A model generated the notes under the pieces. That model was not told the DNA's origin and searched no databases. It worked only from the letters and a program-made list of their open reading frames with translations. DNA of 64,000 nt from Gammaproteobacteria bacterium (GTDB taxonomy: Bacteria; Pseudomonadota; Gammaproteobacteria; UBA4575). The DNA lies in NCBI GenBank assembly GCA_965242685.1, contig OZ251487.1, forward strand, positions 417,199 through 481,198, in the 5' to 3' direction. This document shows, in pieces, positions 10,032 to 22,203 of the stretch (the first letter of the stretch is position 1; each line of letters begins with the position of its first letter). Made by a program: the position numbers and the translations under genes.

Positions 10032-10973
10032 GTGCCCGGCTCAGACATGAAGGTTGCGGGTAAATTCAGCCTGGATGAGCAGGTGGTGCTTTTTCATGGA
10101 AGCTGCCTTGACCTGTTGCAGGACATGCCGGATAAGTCCATGCAATTAATTATCACGTCTCCCCCTTATAACATAGGAAAAGAATATGAAAAAAGGCTGG
10201 ATATCGAGACTTACGTCAAGCAGCAGGAGGAAGTGATAAAAGGTTGTGTCCGTGTCCTTGCCGACACAGGGAGTATCTGTTGGCAGGTCGGAAATTATGT
10301 AAAAAATGCAGCGATAATTCCTCTTGATACGATCTTATATCCGATATTTCGTGATCTGAACCTTGTGATGAGGAACAGAATTGTTTGGGGCTTCGAACAT
10401 GGATTGCATTGTAGTAGAAGATTTTCCGGTCGTTACGAAACCATTATCTGGTTTACAAAGCAGACGGGAGAATATGTATTCAATCTTGACTCGGTACGAG
10501 TGCCACAGAAATATCCCGCTAAAAAATACTTCAAAGGGCCTAAGGCGGGGCAGTATTCCTGTAACCCTCTTGGTAAAAACCCGGGCGACGTTTGGGACAT
10601 TCCCAATGTCAAAAGTAATCATGTAGAGAAAACGGAGCATCCGTGTCAATTTCCTGTAGAGTTGATTGAGCGACTTGTCCTATCAATGACGAATGAAGGG
10701 GATTGGGTGTTTGACCCATTTCTTGGAGTGGGCACCTCTATCATCGCGGCGGTGAGGCACGATAGAAAGGCCGTGGGGTCGGAGGCAGTAAAAAAGTATG
10801 TTGATATAGCTCGAGATAGGATACAAAAAGCAATCGATGGAACACTGCCGACAAGACCGATGAATAAGCCGAAATATGACCCGAAATATGATCCTAATCT
10901 GCATAAAAATAGCCTGACCGTATCCCCATGGAAAAAAAAGAAAGGAGATATTGAACAGTTAAAGCTGGTTTAA
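10032..10973 (+). CDS. Beta-class N4/N6 DNA methyltransferase (DNA methylase N-4/N-6 domain), apparently orphan
   Basis: 313 aa; motif IV IITSPPYNIGKEY precedes motif I FDPFLGVGTS (beta-class order); AT-rich relative to neighbours; no adjacent endonuclease ORF. Confidence 0.8.
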   Translation: MPGSDMKVAGKFSLDEQVVLFHGSCLDLLQDMPDKSMQLIITSPPYNIGKEYEKRLDIETYVKQQEEVIKGCVRVLADTGSICWQVGNYVKNAAIIPLDTILYPIFRDLNLVMRNRIVWGFEHGLHCSRRFSGRYETIIWFTKQTGEYVFNLDSVRVPQKYPAKKYFKGPKAGQYSCNPLGKNPGDVWDIPNVKSNHVEKTEHPCQFPVELIERLVLSMTNEGDWVFDPFLGVGTSIIAAVRHDRKAVGSEAVKKYVDIARDRIQKAIDGTLPTRPMNKPKYDPKYDPNLHKNSLTVSPWKKKKGDIEQLKLV

Positions 10974-11095
10974 TAAAAGACAGGGTTGCTATTGAAGTAC
11001 AGTTTGGGAAATATGCCTTTATCGCCTACGATCTGTTCGCCAAACACCTCGCCTTTTACATGGGAGATAAAATTGACGTAGGCATTGATGAATAA

Positions 11096-12997
<1,902 letters not shown>

Positions 12998-13111
12998 ACC
13001 CGTTTTCGCTACCGGACCGCGAGGCGCGTGAGGCTGACTCACAAACACTCGACATGATAATGGGAAAGACTACTTACAACCTGGCTCCCTCTTGTCCAAC
13101 CGGAGTTCGTA

Positions 13112-13756
13112 ATGTTTTTATCCGGTAAGAAAATACAGATGCCGACCAGAGAACAGTCGTTACCGGGCAGGGAAGAGCCGATTCCAGTTCCTCTACATCA
13201 TTACGTCAACGGGAACACCTTGTCGCCCCCGTTCCCCGAAGACACTGCGTTGGCCATGTTTGGTCTGGGCTGTTTCTGGGGAGCGGAGAAAAAGTTCTGG
13301 CAACGTGCGGGCGTCTACTCGACTTCGGTGGGCTATGCGGCGGGCTTTACGCCCAATCCAACCTATCGGGAGGTATGCACCGGCTTGACCGGGCACAATG
13401 AAGTCGTGCGCGTTGTCTTCGTCCCGAACCTTGTTTGTTATCGGGACTTATTAAAATTATTCTGGGAGTCACATGACCCGACACAGGGGATGCGGCAGGG
13501 CAATGACGTCGGTACCCAATATCGTTCCGGCATTTACATCTACGACCGGGAGCAACATCAACTTGCCGAACAGACAAAACGACAGTTTCAGGAAGCACTG
13601 CATGAAAACGGCTACGGCGACATTACCACAGAGATTATCGAAGCGCCGCAGTTCTATTATGCCGAAGACTACCATCAACAATACTTGGCCAAAACCCCGG
13701 GCGGATATTGCGGGGCAGGCGGCACCGGCGTGCACTTGGCAACAGACATGTCGTAA
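13112..13756 (+). CDS. msrA: Peptide methionine sulfoxide reductase A
   Basis: [11 protein letters not shown] active-site motif; 214 aa. Confidence 0.9.
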   Translation: MFLSGKKIQMPTREQSLPGREEPIPVPLHHYVNGNTLSPPFPEDTALAMFGLGCFWGAEKKFWQRAGVYSTSVGYAAGFTPNPTYREVCTGLTGHNEVVRVVFVPNLVCYRDLLKLFWESHDPTQGMRQGNDVGTQYRSGIYIYDREQHQLAEQTKRQFQEALHENGYGDITTEIIEAPQFYYAEDYHQQYLAKTPGGYCGAGGTGVHLATDMS

Positions 13757-13784
13757 CCTGCGGGCGCCGGGGCGGGAATGACCG

Positions 13785-14438
13785 ATGACGAACAAGCGCG
13801 TTCCCGTCCATCAACTGAGGAAAAGCTATCAAACTACCGTGCTGACCAGACAAAATGCCGAGAAAGACCCTTTTGCTCAATTTAGGGTATGGTTTGATGA
13901 GGCGCTTGCGGCGGAATTCGTCGAGCCTAATGCGATGTGCCTGGCGACCGTCGGCAAACACGGCGAAATTTCATCGCGCATGGTGCTGTTGAAATCCTTT
14001 GACGAGCGGGGATTCGTATTTTTCACCAACTACCGCAGCCGCAAGGCGCAAGAACTGGACGACACACACCGGGCGGCACTCAACTTCTGGTGGGACAAAC
14101 TGTACCGGCAGGTGCGCATTGTCGGTCAAGTCGAAAAAATCTCGAGTGAAGAGTCTGCGGCATACTTTCAGACTCGTCCCCGAGGCAGTCAAATCGGTGC
14201 GTTGGCCTCGGAGCAGAGCAAGGTCATTGAAAATTTTGCCGTGCTGGAGGAAAAATTTCGGTGCTTACGGCACCAGTATCGGGATCGGCAAGTACCCTGT
14301 CCCGAATATTGGGGAGGTTATCGTGTAGTCCCCGATAGTTTTGAGTTTTGGCAAGGGCGCCCCGACCGTCTGCACGACCGCTTGTACTATACCCCGACCT
14401 CGGGCGGTAAATGGAAGATTGCGAGACTGTCGCCGTGA
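13785..14438 (+). CDS. pdxH: Pyridoxamine 5'-phosphate oxidase
   Basis: 217 aa; conserved PdxH blocks (RMVLLK, FFTNYRSRK, RIVGQVEK, WGGYRVVP). Confidence 0.9.
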   Translation: MTNKRVPVHQLRKSYQTTVLTRQNAEKDPFAQFRVWFDEALAAEFVEPNAMCLATVGKHGEISSRMVLLKSFDERGFVFFTNYRSRKAQELDDTHRAALNFWWDKLYRQVRIVGQVEKISSEESAAYFQTRPRGSQIGALASEQSKVIENFAVLEEKFRCLRHQYRDRQVPCPEYWGGYRVVPDSFEFWQGRPDRLHDRLYYTPTSGGKWKIARLSP

Positions 14439-14463
14439 TCAGGGCCGACCCGCCGATAGCAAA

Positions 14464-14682
14464 CTACTCGTACACAAGGTGCCATTCCGGGTCCGCTTTG
14501 ACCTTTTCTGGCCAATAGGTCTTATCCGGGTTTTTCGAGTTCAATTCGTCACATTTTTTGCATGCTTCACCATACGTCATGGTTTCATCCTTGAATTTTC
14601 CGGTTTCAAATTCATACTTGTATTTCCACGCGATAATGTAGCCCGGGTCTTCGATACGTCGGACCAGATTTTCTACCACCAT
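14464..14682 (-). CDS. Small hypothetical protein (72 aa, CxxC-containing)
   Basis: ORF track only; CKKCDE motif; slight overlap with ptrB 3' end; no family recognised. Confidence 0.3.
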   Translation of the reverse strand: MVVENLVRRIEDPGYIIAWKYKYEFETGKFKDETMTYGEACKKCDELNSKNPDKTYWPEKVKADPEWHLVYE

Positions 14683-16937
14683 TCTTTATTTTCTCCGCTT
14701 GTTGTTTGAAAAGCCGCCTCGCAGCCCGAGGGATCAAGCCGGGCCGGCGTGCGATTATGGCCTGATTGCGTGCAGGATGGCAACTGGTCGGCCATGCCGA
14801 AGACTTTTAACAAAAAGGCATACTTCAACGCAACCTCCTCGAGGAAATCAAATCGCCCCGATGCCCCGCTGTGGCCGGCCCCCATGTTCATCTTCAGCAC
14901 CAGCAGATTATTGTCTGTTTTTTGCTCACGCAACTTTGCAACCCACTTCGCCGGTTCCCAATACGTGACCCTGGGGTCGGTCAGTCCGGCGGTAACCAGA
15001 ATATTCGGATATGCCCGCCGTGCAACGTTGTCGTAAGGGGAATACTCGCGGATAGTGAGATAATCCTCACTGTTGCGGAGCGGATTGCCCCATTCCGGCC
15101 ATTCCGGAGGCGTCAACGGCAACGTCTCATCACTCATGGTATTGAGCACGTCGACAAAAGGCACCTCTGCGACCGCGGCATTGAATAGATCGGGGCGCAT
15201 GTTGACGACGGCGCCCACCAGCATTCCCCCGGCCGAGCCGCCGTGCACCGCGATCCTTCCCGCTTGCGTATAGCCTTGCCCGATCAGATATTCGGCACAG
15301 GCAATATAGTCCTTGAAGGTGTTGACCTTGTTGTTCAGTTTTCCATTGCGATACCAGCCATAACCCTTCTCCATCCCGCCCCGCACGTGGGCGATGGCGT
15401 ATATGAAGCCGCGGTTTACCAGTGACAGACGATGGGTTGAGAAACTCGCGGGCATTGAATTGCCGTAAGCACCATAGGCATACAGCAACAACGGTGCGCC
15501 GCCGTCTACCGGCGTGTCTTTTCTGTACAGCAGTGAGATGGGGATAGTCTCGCCGTCTTCGGCGGCGGCGAATAGCCTGCGCGTGATGAAGTCATCCTTA
15601 TTGTGCCCGCTGGGGACGTGTTGTTCTTTTCTGAGTGTGCGTCGGCGGTCGCGGACGTGATAGTCAAATATCTGTGTCGGTGTCGTCATGGAGGTATAGG
15701 CCAGGCGCAGCGTATCGGTGGCAAACTCATAGCCGGGCACCACCTCCAGCTCAAAGGCCTCCTCAGTGAACTCGATACAGTGTTCGCTGCCGAGCGTATT
15801 CTCCTGCAACATAGTGATGACGATCCGAGGCAGGCCGTTCACGCGTTCCTCGCGCACCAGATAATCCGCAAATAGATGGATCTCTTCCAGCAGCGTACCG
15901 GCGGGAGGCACGTAGCAATCCCGCCAGTTTTCCCTGGAAGTTTCGTGTATGGGAGTCCGCATGATCTTATAGTTTTCGGCGTCGTTCGCGTTGGTGACGA
16001 TATAAAAAAAACTGCCGTGATCGGATATATCATATTCAATCCCCGTCTGCCGTTGTGCAAACAACCTTGCGGGCCGGCCGGGATGACGGGCGTCAACGGT
16101 GTATACCTCGCTGGTTACGTGGTCATGCGTCGAGATCAGGATAAAGTTTCCCGATTCGGTCATGTCCAGGTTGACAAAAAAGCCGGGGTCGGATTCCCGA
16201 TACACGATGGCATCCCGTTCTTCGCCGAGTGTATGGCGAAGTACCTTGTCGGGCCGATGGTTGTCATCCAGCGTAGCGTAGAAAAGCGTGCGGCTGTCCT
16301 GTGCCCACACAAAATCGCTTTGTACGTTCTCGATACGCTCCGGCAACAGTTCTCCGCTTTGCAGGTCACGAACGTATAACGTGTAGAACTCCGAACCTTT
16401 GACGTCGATACTGTAGGCGAAGTAGCGATGGTCGGGGCTGTGGTCCGCCTCGCCGATATCTAAGTAACTATATTCCTTCGCCGCCTCGTTGGCGTCGAAC
16501 AGGACTTCTTCCCGCTCGGGGCATGTGCGGTGATAACGACAGTAGGCGGGGTATTGCCGATCTTTTTCGTAGCGCACAAAATAATAATACTCACCATCGC
16601 GCTCGGGCACCGTGCGGTCGTCTTCCTTGATACGCGCACGCAATTCCGCAAACAGCTCTTTCTGCAACCGTGCGGTATCGGCGAGTACCGCCTCCAGATA
16701 ATGATTTTCGGCGTCCAGGTATGCACGAATCTCGGCAGACAACCGTCCCGGATCTTTTATCACTTTCTTCCAGTTCGGGTCTTTTAGCCAGGCATAGTCG
16801 TCACGGCGGGAATGGCCGTGTAGGGTGAGCGTCTTCGGTCTTTTTGTGGCGACCGGCGTTGCTATGGGTGTGAAAGTTGTCACGTTGACGACGATGATTC
16901 GGTTTTCTTTGCGCGGGCGTCCAGGCCGACCTGCCAC
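14673..16937 (-). CDS. ptrB: S9-family serine peptidase, oligopeptidase B / prolyl oligopeptidase type
   Basis: 754 aa; beta-propeller N-domain plus catalytic GGSAGGMLVGAVVNMRPDLF serine motif; N-terminus HGHSRRDDYAWLKD matches oligopeptidase B start; ORF uses non-ATG start, true start uncertain. Confidence 0.85.
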   Translation of the reverse strand: MAGRPGRPRKENRIIVVNVTTFTPIATPVATKRPKTLTLHGHSRRDDYAWLKDPNWKKVIKDPGRLSAEIRAYLDAENHYLEAVLADTARLQKELFAELRARIKEDDRTVPERDGEYYYFVRYEKDRQYPAYCRYHRTCPEREEVLFDANEAAKEYSYLDIGEADHSPDHRYFAYSIDVKGSEFYTLYVRDLQSGELLPERIENVQSDFVWAQDSRTLFYATLDDNHRPDKVLRHTLGEERDAIVYRESDPGFFVNLDMTESGNFILISTHDHVTSEVYTVDARHPGRPARLFAQRQTGIEYDISDHGSFFYIVTNANDAENYKIMRTPIHETSRENWRDCYVPPAGTLLEEIHLFADYLVREERVNGLPRIVITMLQENTLGSEHCIEFTEEAFELEVVPGYEFATDTLRLAYTSMTTPTQIFDYHVRDRRRTLRKEQHVPSGHNKDDFITRRLFAAAEDGETIPISLLYRKDTPVDGGAPLLLYAYGAYGNSMPASFSTHRLSLVNRGFIYAIAHVRGGMEKGYGWYRNGKLNNKVNTFKDYIACAEYLIGQGYTQAGRIAVHGGSAGGMLVGAVVNMRPDLFNAAVAEVPFVDVLNTMSDETLPLTPPEWPEWGNPLRNSEDYLTIREYSPYDNVARRAYPNILVTAGLTDPRVTYWEPAKWVAKLREQKTDNNLLVLKMNMGAGHSGASGRFDFLEEVALKYAFLLKVFGMADQLPSCTQSGHNRTPARLDPSGCEAAFQTTSGENKEWW

Positions 16938-17263
16938 TGTACCCGATACACGTTTTTATTGAGAATGGGGCCTTTGGGGCCGCTATGACTAATGGTGTCT
17001 GACTGGGGCCCCATTACCTGCTGATAATAACGCACCGCCGTCTTGGAAAAATCATCGCAGTGAAAAGGCAGGTCATGGCGCACCTCAAAGGTTGGCACGC
17101 CGTCTTCTTCTTCGATTGGCAAAATATCCGCCAACAGATGGGAATAAAAACTCCCTGCAAAGTCAACGTCGAACAGCACCTTGCAGCATTGCGTCTCTTT
17201 ACCTTTACCGGGCTGCACGTAGTCCGGGAACAATCCGTGGAAAAAAAAGTTTGCCTTAGCCAT
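16880..17263 (-). CDS. Conserved hypothetical protein (about 127 aa)
   Basis: ORF 16880..17461 trimmed to Met of MAKANFFFHGLFPDY... at 17263; no family recognised. Confidence 0.4.
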   Translation of the reverse strand: MAKANFFFHGLFPDYVQPGKGKETQCCKVLFDVDFAGSFYSHLLADILPIEEEDGVPTFEVRHDLPFHCDDFSKTAVRYYQQVMGPQSDTISHSGPKGPILNKNVYRVQWQVGLDARAKKTESSSST

Positions 17264-17293
17264 GCTTAAACCAGAATCGGTTATAATGTACCC

Positions 17294-17518
17294 GTGAAGT
17301 ATAAACTGGAAACGGAGGTATCGGTATTCGTCATCCAACGGGAGCCGCTGGGCATGTGGGACCTGTGGGTGGACGGGATGCCGACACGTACCTTCCACAC
17401 ACCGGAAGACGCCGCAAAAGCGGTGCATGAACAGGATTCCGGCTACGCCATATGGGACCAACTAGAGCGGCATTCCGCCCCCGCCGACCTGCGCGGCTGG
17501 CGGCAGATTGAAGACTGA
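17294..17518 (+). CDS. Small hypothetical protein (74 aa) upstream of TonB-dependent receptor
   Basis: ORF track only; fills intergenic gap; no motif recognised. Confidence 0.3.
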   Translation: MKYKLETEVSVFVIQREPLGMWDLWVDGMPTRTFHTPEDAAKAVHEQDSGYAIWDQLERHSAPADLRGWRQIED

Positions 17519-20027
17519 CATCATGCGGTGGCATTGCTCCCGTGCAATGCTTTTGCTGATTGCTTTGACAGCATCGGTGGCACCGTTGCCGGGCAAAGTC
17601 TCCGGCCAGTCCCACGATACCCCTGCGGAACTCGACACGGCGAGGGCCACGGCCGTAATTGATCGGCTGGACATTGAGCTGTCCGGTATGAAGAACGTCC
17701 ACGATCTGCTGTTGGGGCGCTTGGACTACAACGGCTTCGGTATCCATCGGCCGTTCGTTCTCGGCACCAACTATGCGGCGGTGCTCGTCAACGGGCGGCG
17801 CATCTCCGATTCAACCTTTGACCTTGAAACGCTGCCGTTGTCGGCGGTCGAACGTATCGAAATTTTCGCTGACGGCGCCGTCGGCCGGCACGGCGGTCAC
17901 GCTATCGGAGGTGCGGTCAACATCATTCTCAAGCGTGACCGAAAAGGTTTTGAAATTCAGGCAAGCGCAGGCCGTCCGGATCGGGCGGGTAGCGATATCG
18001 AGCACGGCGGCGTCTCGTGGGGAGGTGCGCTTGGCGAAGGTTACATGACGATCGGCGTAGACTTTTTTCACAAACAGGAAGTCCGTGATGCAAAACGAAA
18101 GTACAGCCGCTCCTCATGGATGCCGGGAGGGTCGTTTGCCGGTGCTTCCGGCGTTTCGGTAGGCGGTAACACCGTTTTCATTTCCGATAACGGCGACTCG
18201 ATTGCGCGCGCACTTGGCGACTGTCGGGGAAGTGCCTATACCGGTGTGCTTCAGAACCCTCTTGGTATTTCCGGTACGGGTTGCGGGTTTGCCTGGGGCG
18301 AAATCTCCTGGAGTCAGGAACGGCTTGAGCGGGAGAACCTGTTTATCGACTTGGATCATCCACTCGGCAGGGATGCAACCCTCTATGCCGAGGCCCGCAT
18401 CACGCAGGCCGATGCCGCAATCCGTTGGGCCCCTTCGGTAGGTACTTTTTCCTTCACGCCCACCTCGGAACTCAGACAGAAACTGCTGCAAGACCCCGAA
18501 ATTGACACATTGCCCGACATGCTTCGCGTCTCGCATCGGTTTGTTGGCCATGGTAATCGCACCTGGCGTACCGATCTGGAAGAATACGACATTACGGCCG
18601 GCGTGCGGGGCAAACTCATCGGTAACCTCAACTATGACGGCTATCTCAGATACTATCGTCACGATGCCGTGGTAGACGGCGACACCTTTGTCAGCGAACG
18701 TCTGGTTAGAGAAGCCATTGATGAAGGTCGCTATGACCTTGAAAATCCATCCTCGACGGCGGCGCAGCATCGGATGGCCGTACACGATACCCGTCTCACG
18801 CTGACTCGCGACGTAGTGACCGACCACAAAGCGGCGCGGCTGGCCCTGGATGGCACGGCGTTTTCACTCGGAGATAATGACACGAGATGGATGGCGGGCG
18901 TAGAAATTACCGAAGAAGATTGGCGTAACGTCAACGACTATCGGGACGTTCGCGGCCGCCACCACGATGCGAGTGATGTACTTGGTTCCGGTGGGGGTGC
19001 GACCTCCGGCGAGCGCCGGCGGCGTTCGGCGTTTGCGGAAATATCTCTCCCATTGTTGAATGGTGATTGGAATATCGCTCTCTCCGCACGGCATGACGAT
19101 TACGACGATGTCGGCGCGGCGTTCTCCCACAAAGCCGCAAGCCACTACCGGTTAAACGAGGCCCTGACGTTTCGCGGCGCCTGGAGCGAAGGCGCCAGGG
19201 CGCCTGACCTGGCCTTGCTGCATACATCCCCAACGATCAGCTATCCATCCGTGTGCGATACCCGATTATTTGCCGGTCATCTAAACGATTGCGACACGTA
19301 TCAAGTCGAGGGTGCCAGCGGCGGCAACCCGCACCTAAGGCCGGCTAAGTCCGAGAGTGCCAACCTTGGCATCGTGACCGATTTGGGGCCCCTATTCGTG
19401 AGTGTGGACTGGTTCGAGATCAAACTTTCCGAAGTGCCGGCCAGATTGTCCGCGCAATCCATCGTTGATCTTGAAGCGGCGGGGAGACTGCCGTCCGGGG
19501 CGGCGGTCATACGCGCGGGAAACCTCATCACGCGGATTGACAATCCCTGGGTCAATAATGCGAGAACCGATGTATCCGGGCTTGACGTGCACGCCCGAGT
19601 AGACTGGCGGATTGACGGGTTGCTGGACATGGTTTTTGACCTGCGCTGGTCTCGTGTCAACCGCTATGAGCATCGCGTGCTTGGAGAGATACAGCCGGGG
19701 GATCTCCCGCGCGACCGCTTTCATGCCTCGCTGCGTGCGGGGCGGGGTGGTTTTACCGCAAACTGGAGCATCCATTCGGTCTCGGGCTATCGCAACCGGC
19801 TCGGTACCGCGCGCTACCGGCCGTGGCTGGGGCACGACGTCACGTTGCACTGGCGCAATGCGTTTGGTTTTGACGGAATGGAGATTGCTGGTGGCGTGCT
19901 CAATATCGATGATCGAGAACCGTCCACCGATCCGGCAAATCCCGGCAAACTGGGTGCGGCGGCTACGCTTGATTCAATCCGCGGTCGCACGCTATTCCTG
20001 ACCGCCAAAATCCCGTTTGGTTCCTAA
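17508..20027 (+). CDS. TonB-dependent outer membrane receptor
   Basis: 839 aa; signal peptide; plug domain block NGRRISDSTFDLETLPLSAVERIEIF...GGAVNIILK; long beta-barrel region. Confidence 0.8.
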   Translation: MKTDIMRWHCSRAMLLLIALTASVAPLPGKVSGQSHDTPAELDTARATAVIDRLDIELSGMKNVHDLLLGRLDYNGFGIHRPFVLGTNYAAVLVNGRRISDSTFDLETLPLSAVERIEIFADGAVGRHGGHAIGGAVNIILKRDRKGFEIQASAGRPDRAGSDIEHGGVSWGGALGEGYMTIGVDFFHKQEVRDAKRKYSRSSWMPGGSFAGASGVSVGGNTVFISDNGDSIARALGDCRGSAYTGVLQNPLGISGTGCGFAWGEISWSQERLERENLFIDLDHPLGRDATLYAEARITQADAAIRWAPSVGTFSFTPTSELRQKLLQDPEIDTLPDMLRVSHRFVGHGNRTWRTDLEEYDITAGVRGKLIGNLNYDGYLRYYRHDAVVDGDTFVSERLVREAIDEGRYDLENPSSTAAQHRMAVHDTRLTLTRDVVTDHKAARLALDGTAFSLGDNDTRWMAGVEITEEDWRNVNDYRDVRGRHHDASDVLGSGGGATSGERRRRSAFAEISLPLLNGDWNIALSARHDDYDDVGAAFSHKAASHYRLNEALTFRGAWSEGARAPDLALLHTSPTISYPSVCDTRLFAGHLNDCDTYQVEGASGGNPHLRPAKSESANLGIVTDLGPLFVSVDWFEIKLSEVPARLSAQSIVDLEAAGRLPSGAAVIRAGNLITRIDNPWVNNARTDVSGLDVHARVDWRIDGLLDMVFDLRWSRVNRYEHRVLGEIQPGDLPRDRFHASLRAGRGGFTANWSIHSVSGYRNRLGTARYRPWLGHDVTLHWRNAFGFDGMEIAGGVLNIDDREPSTDPANPGKLGAAATLDSIRGRTLFLTAKIPFGS

Positions 20028-20145
20028 AATCGGCAATTCTGTCGCCGGGAGTGTAAATCCACGATTCCGTACGAAGCCAAGAATTTAGGTGGCGGCACGG
20101 CCAGGCCACCCGCGGCGGGTTTACGTCACCGGTTTTCCGACAACC

Positions 20146-21519
20146 TCAATCAAAAAGGCCGAAGTAGTGGGATATGTTGATTTCGAATCGTTTGTTCCAG
20201 CGGTCATTGCCGTTCGCGCCGAAGTCCCCGACACCGTCATAGATGTTGCCGTAACTGTCGTTTTTATCGCCGACGAAGTAGTTGCCGTCGGAGACGCCTA
20301 ATTCAGCGTAAATGTACAATTCTCTCCAGTGGAACAGCGCACCGGCCACCCACATGCTACTGTCGTTGAAATCATCTTCCTCTTTGAGGATGGAACTCCA
20401 TTCAAGGTACGGCGTAATGCTGTGAATCCCGTATTTGCCGCCCGTGTTTATGCCGTTGTATCGCAGCGACAGAGCGGGTATCCACGCCTCGGTCGCCACC
20501 AGCCATGGAAAGTTGAACGCGCCCATGGGGATCAGGTCGCCGGTGCCCCACGGCGTATCGTCGGTGATGTCGTATTTGTAATAGGTAAGCTGTGAAACCA
20601 ACTCCCAATCGTTGAACTTGTTGATGGCGTGCGCGGATAGGGCATAGTGGTCGGCGCCACTGTCGTCCACGTTTTTGCCGTTCAGCTGTCCGTATTGCAG
20701 CGAAGTGCCGTACTGATCGCCGCTTTCTGCCTTATAGATCAGGCGCAGGTTGAGCTGATGCTCTTCCTCGAAGCCGTGTTCTTCGGCGCCATCAAAGGTT
20801 ACGTTACCGTCCGCATCGACTGCTTCCCTCCACGTCACCACGTCATAGCTGTAGCGCGAGCTGTTGGCGCTGGTACCGTCCCATTCCCCTTCGTCTTCAA
20901 GGTAATAGGCGAGATCGATAGTCAGGTTGTCAAAAGTCTTTGTCCATCTGACGCCGAGGTCCATGTCATCCGCAAGCCCGACGTAGTAGTGCTGATCAAA
21001 AAGCCAACTGGCGGAAGCCCCGTAAGCGGTCGGGCCGAAAGGCACGCGCACGATACCCACCTTGGTGGTGCCATATTCCTCTGAATCGTATCCCAGCCAT
21101 GCCGTGTGCATCATGCTGTAGGTATCGTACCAACGGTATTCAACCCTGCCGATGTAGCCGTTGTGGTCAAGGTCGGCGTTCAGACGAAAGATATCCAGGT
21201 CGACGTCTCCCACGTCTTCACCGCGGCGTTCGTTGGTGTCGTAGTCGCCATAGGTGTAACCTACCCTCAGCGCACCGCCGAGCCTGATCGGCAGCGGGGC
21301 TTTCTCGGGTTCTGTCGCTTTCTCTTCCACCGCCGCCTGCTGCATGGCAGCTTGCGCTTCCATCTCTTCAAGCTTTTTCCGGCTCTCCTCCAGCGCACGC
21401 TCCAGTTCCATAATCCGTTGCTTGAGCATCTCGTTATCGTCGGCCGCCCCTACGGACAAGGGCAGGGTAAACACTAGAGAAACGGCGATGATACTCAGCT
21501 TACGTATTAGGTATTTCAT
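20146..21519 (-). CDS. Outer membrane porin-like beta-barrel protein with N-terminal coiled-coil segment
   Basis: 457 aa; signal peptide MKYLIRKLSIIAVSLVFTLPLSVGA; coiled-coil LKQRIMELERALEESRKKLEEMEAQ then alternating aromatic/hydrophilic beta-strand pattern rich in Y/W/G/D. Confidence 0.55.
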   Translation of the reverse strand: MKYLIRKLSIIAVSLVFTLPLSVGAADDNEMLKQRIMELERALEESRKKLEEMEAQAAMQQAAVEEKATEPEKAPLPIRLGGALRVGYTYGDYDTNERRGEDVGDVDLDIFRLNADLDHNGYIGRVEYRWYDTYSMMHTAWLGYDSEEYGTTKVGIVRVPFGPTAYGASASWLFDQHYYVGLADDMDLGVRWTKTFDNLTIDLAYYLEDEGEWDGTSANSSRYSYDVVTWREAVDADGNVTFDGAEEHGFEEEHQLNLRLIYKAESGDQYGTSLQYGQLNGKNVDDSGADHYALSAHAINKFNDWELVSQLTYYKYDITDDTPWGTGDLIPMGAFNFPWLVATEAWIPALSLRYNGINTGGKYGIHSITPYLEWSSILKEEDDFNDSSMWVAGALFHWRELYIYAELGVSDGNYFVGDKNDSYGNIYDGVGDFGANGNDRWNKRFEINISHYFGLFD

Positions 21520-21723
21520 AACTAGGCACTCTTGAAGATAGGGGTTAAGTGATTTTTATAACGATAAGTAGGGCGGTGATTGTTAATTAATACCATAGTA
21601 TACCTTTAATTTAGAATAAAGATAGCAAAAATCTGCCGCCGCTTAAATTTTTTTGCGGGGAAGCATCCATTGTTTTGCTATACTTCCCATTCAAAAGAAA
21701 ATAAAAATTAGAAAACAAAAAAA

Positions 21724-22203
21724 TTGGGGAACGCGATCAGCATGAAACGACGAGCGCGGGGTAAGGGAACGATCATTGCGGAAGGGTTTTCCGTTACGGG
21801 TGACGTGAAGGGAGACGGCCCCGTTCTGGTAGCCGGCAATGTCAAAGGAAACGCCGATATACAAGGTTTGATTGAACTGAGCCAGACCGCAACTTGGGAG
21901 GGCGACGTTCATGCCGATGACGTCATCGTCGGCGGCAGTCTGAAGGGGCACGTCTTTGCCAGAGATGAACTCGCCGTAACGGCAAGTGCCCGTATCTCCG
22001 GAAACGTGAGCAGCCGCAGTATCTCTATCGAACAGGGCGCCACCCTCAACGGTGCCATGCACGTCACCCGCGACGGCACTGTGGACGAGCAGGCGGCACG
22101 CCGAAACGACGATGCGTCCGCCGATACCGCTGAAACGTCCGAAGAGACTTCAGACCTTGGGGACGACGTGACCGACGGCCAGTATTCTCAGAGCGGCCTG
22201 TAA
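21724..22203 (+). CDS. Bactofilin (polymer-forming cytoskeletal protein, DUF583)
   Basis: 159 aa; beta-helical repeats GDVKGDGPVLVAGNVKGN...GDVHADDVIVGGSLKG...ISGNVSS; acidic C-terminal tail. Confidence 0.85.
   Translation: MGNAISMKRRARGKGTIIAEGFSVTGDVKGDGPVLVAGNVKGNADIQGLIELSQTATWEGDVHADDVIVGGSLKGHVFARDELAVTASARISGNVSSRSISIEQGATLNGAMHVTRDGTVDEQAARRNDDASADTAETSEETSDLGDDVTDGQYSQSGL

Noticed and set aside
21520-21723. 204-nt AT-rich intergenic region between porin and bactofilin genes, considered as a possible sRNA or terminator
   Set aside because: It contains only weak GC stems and no convincing stem-loop/U-tract or conserved motif. It is most likely divergent promoter DNA.
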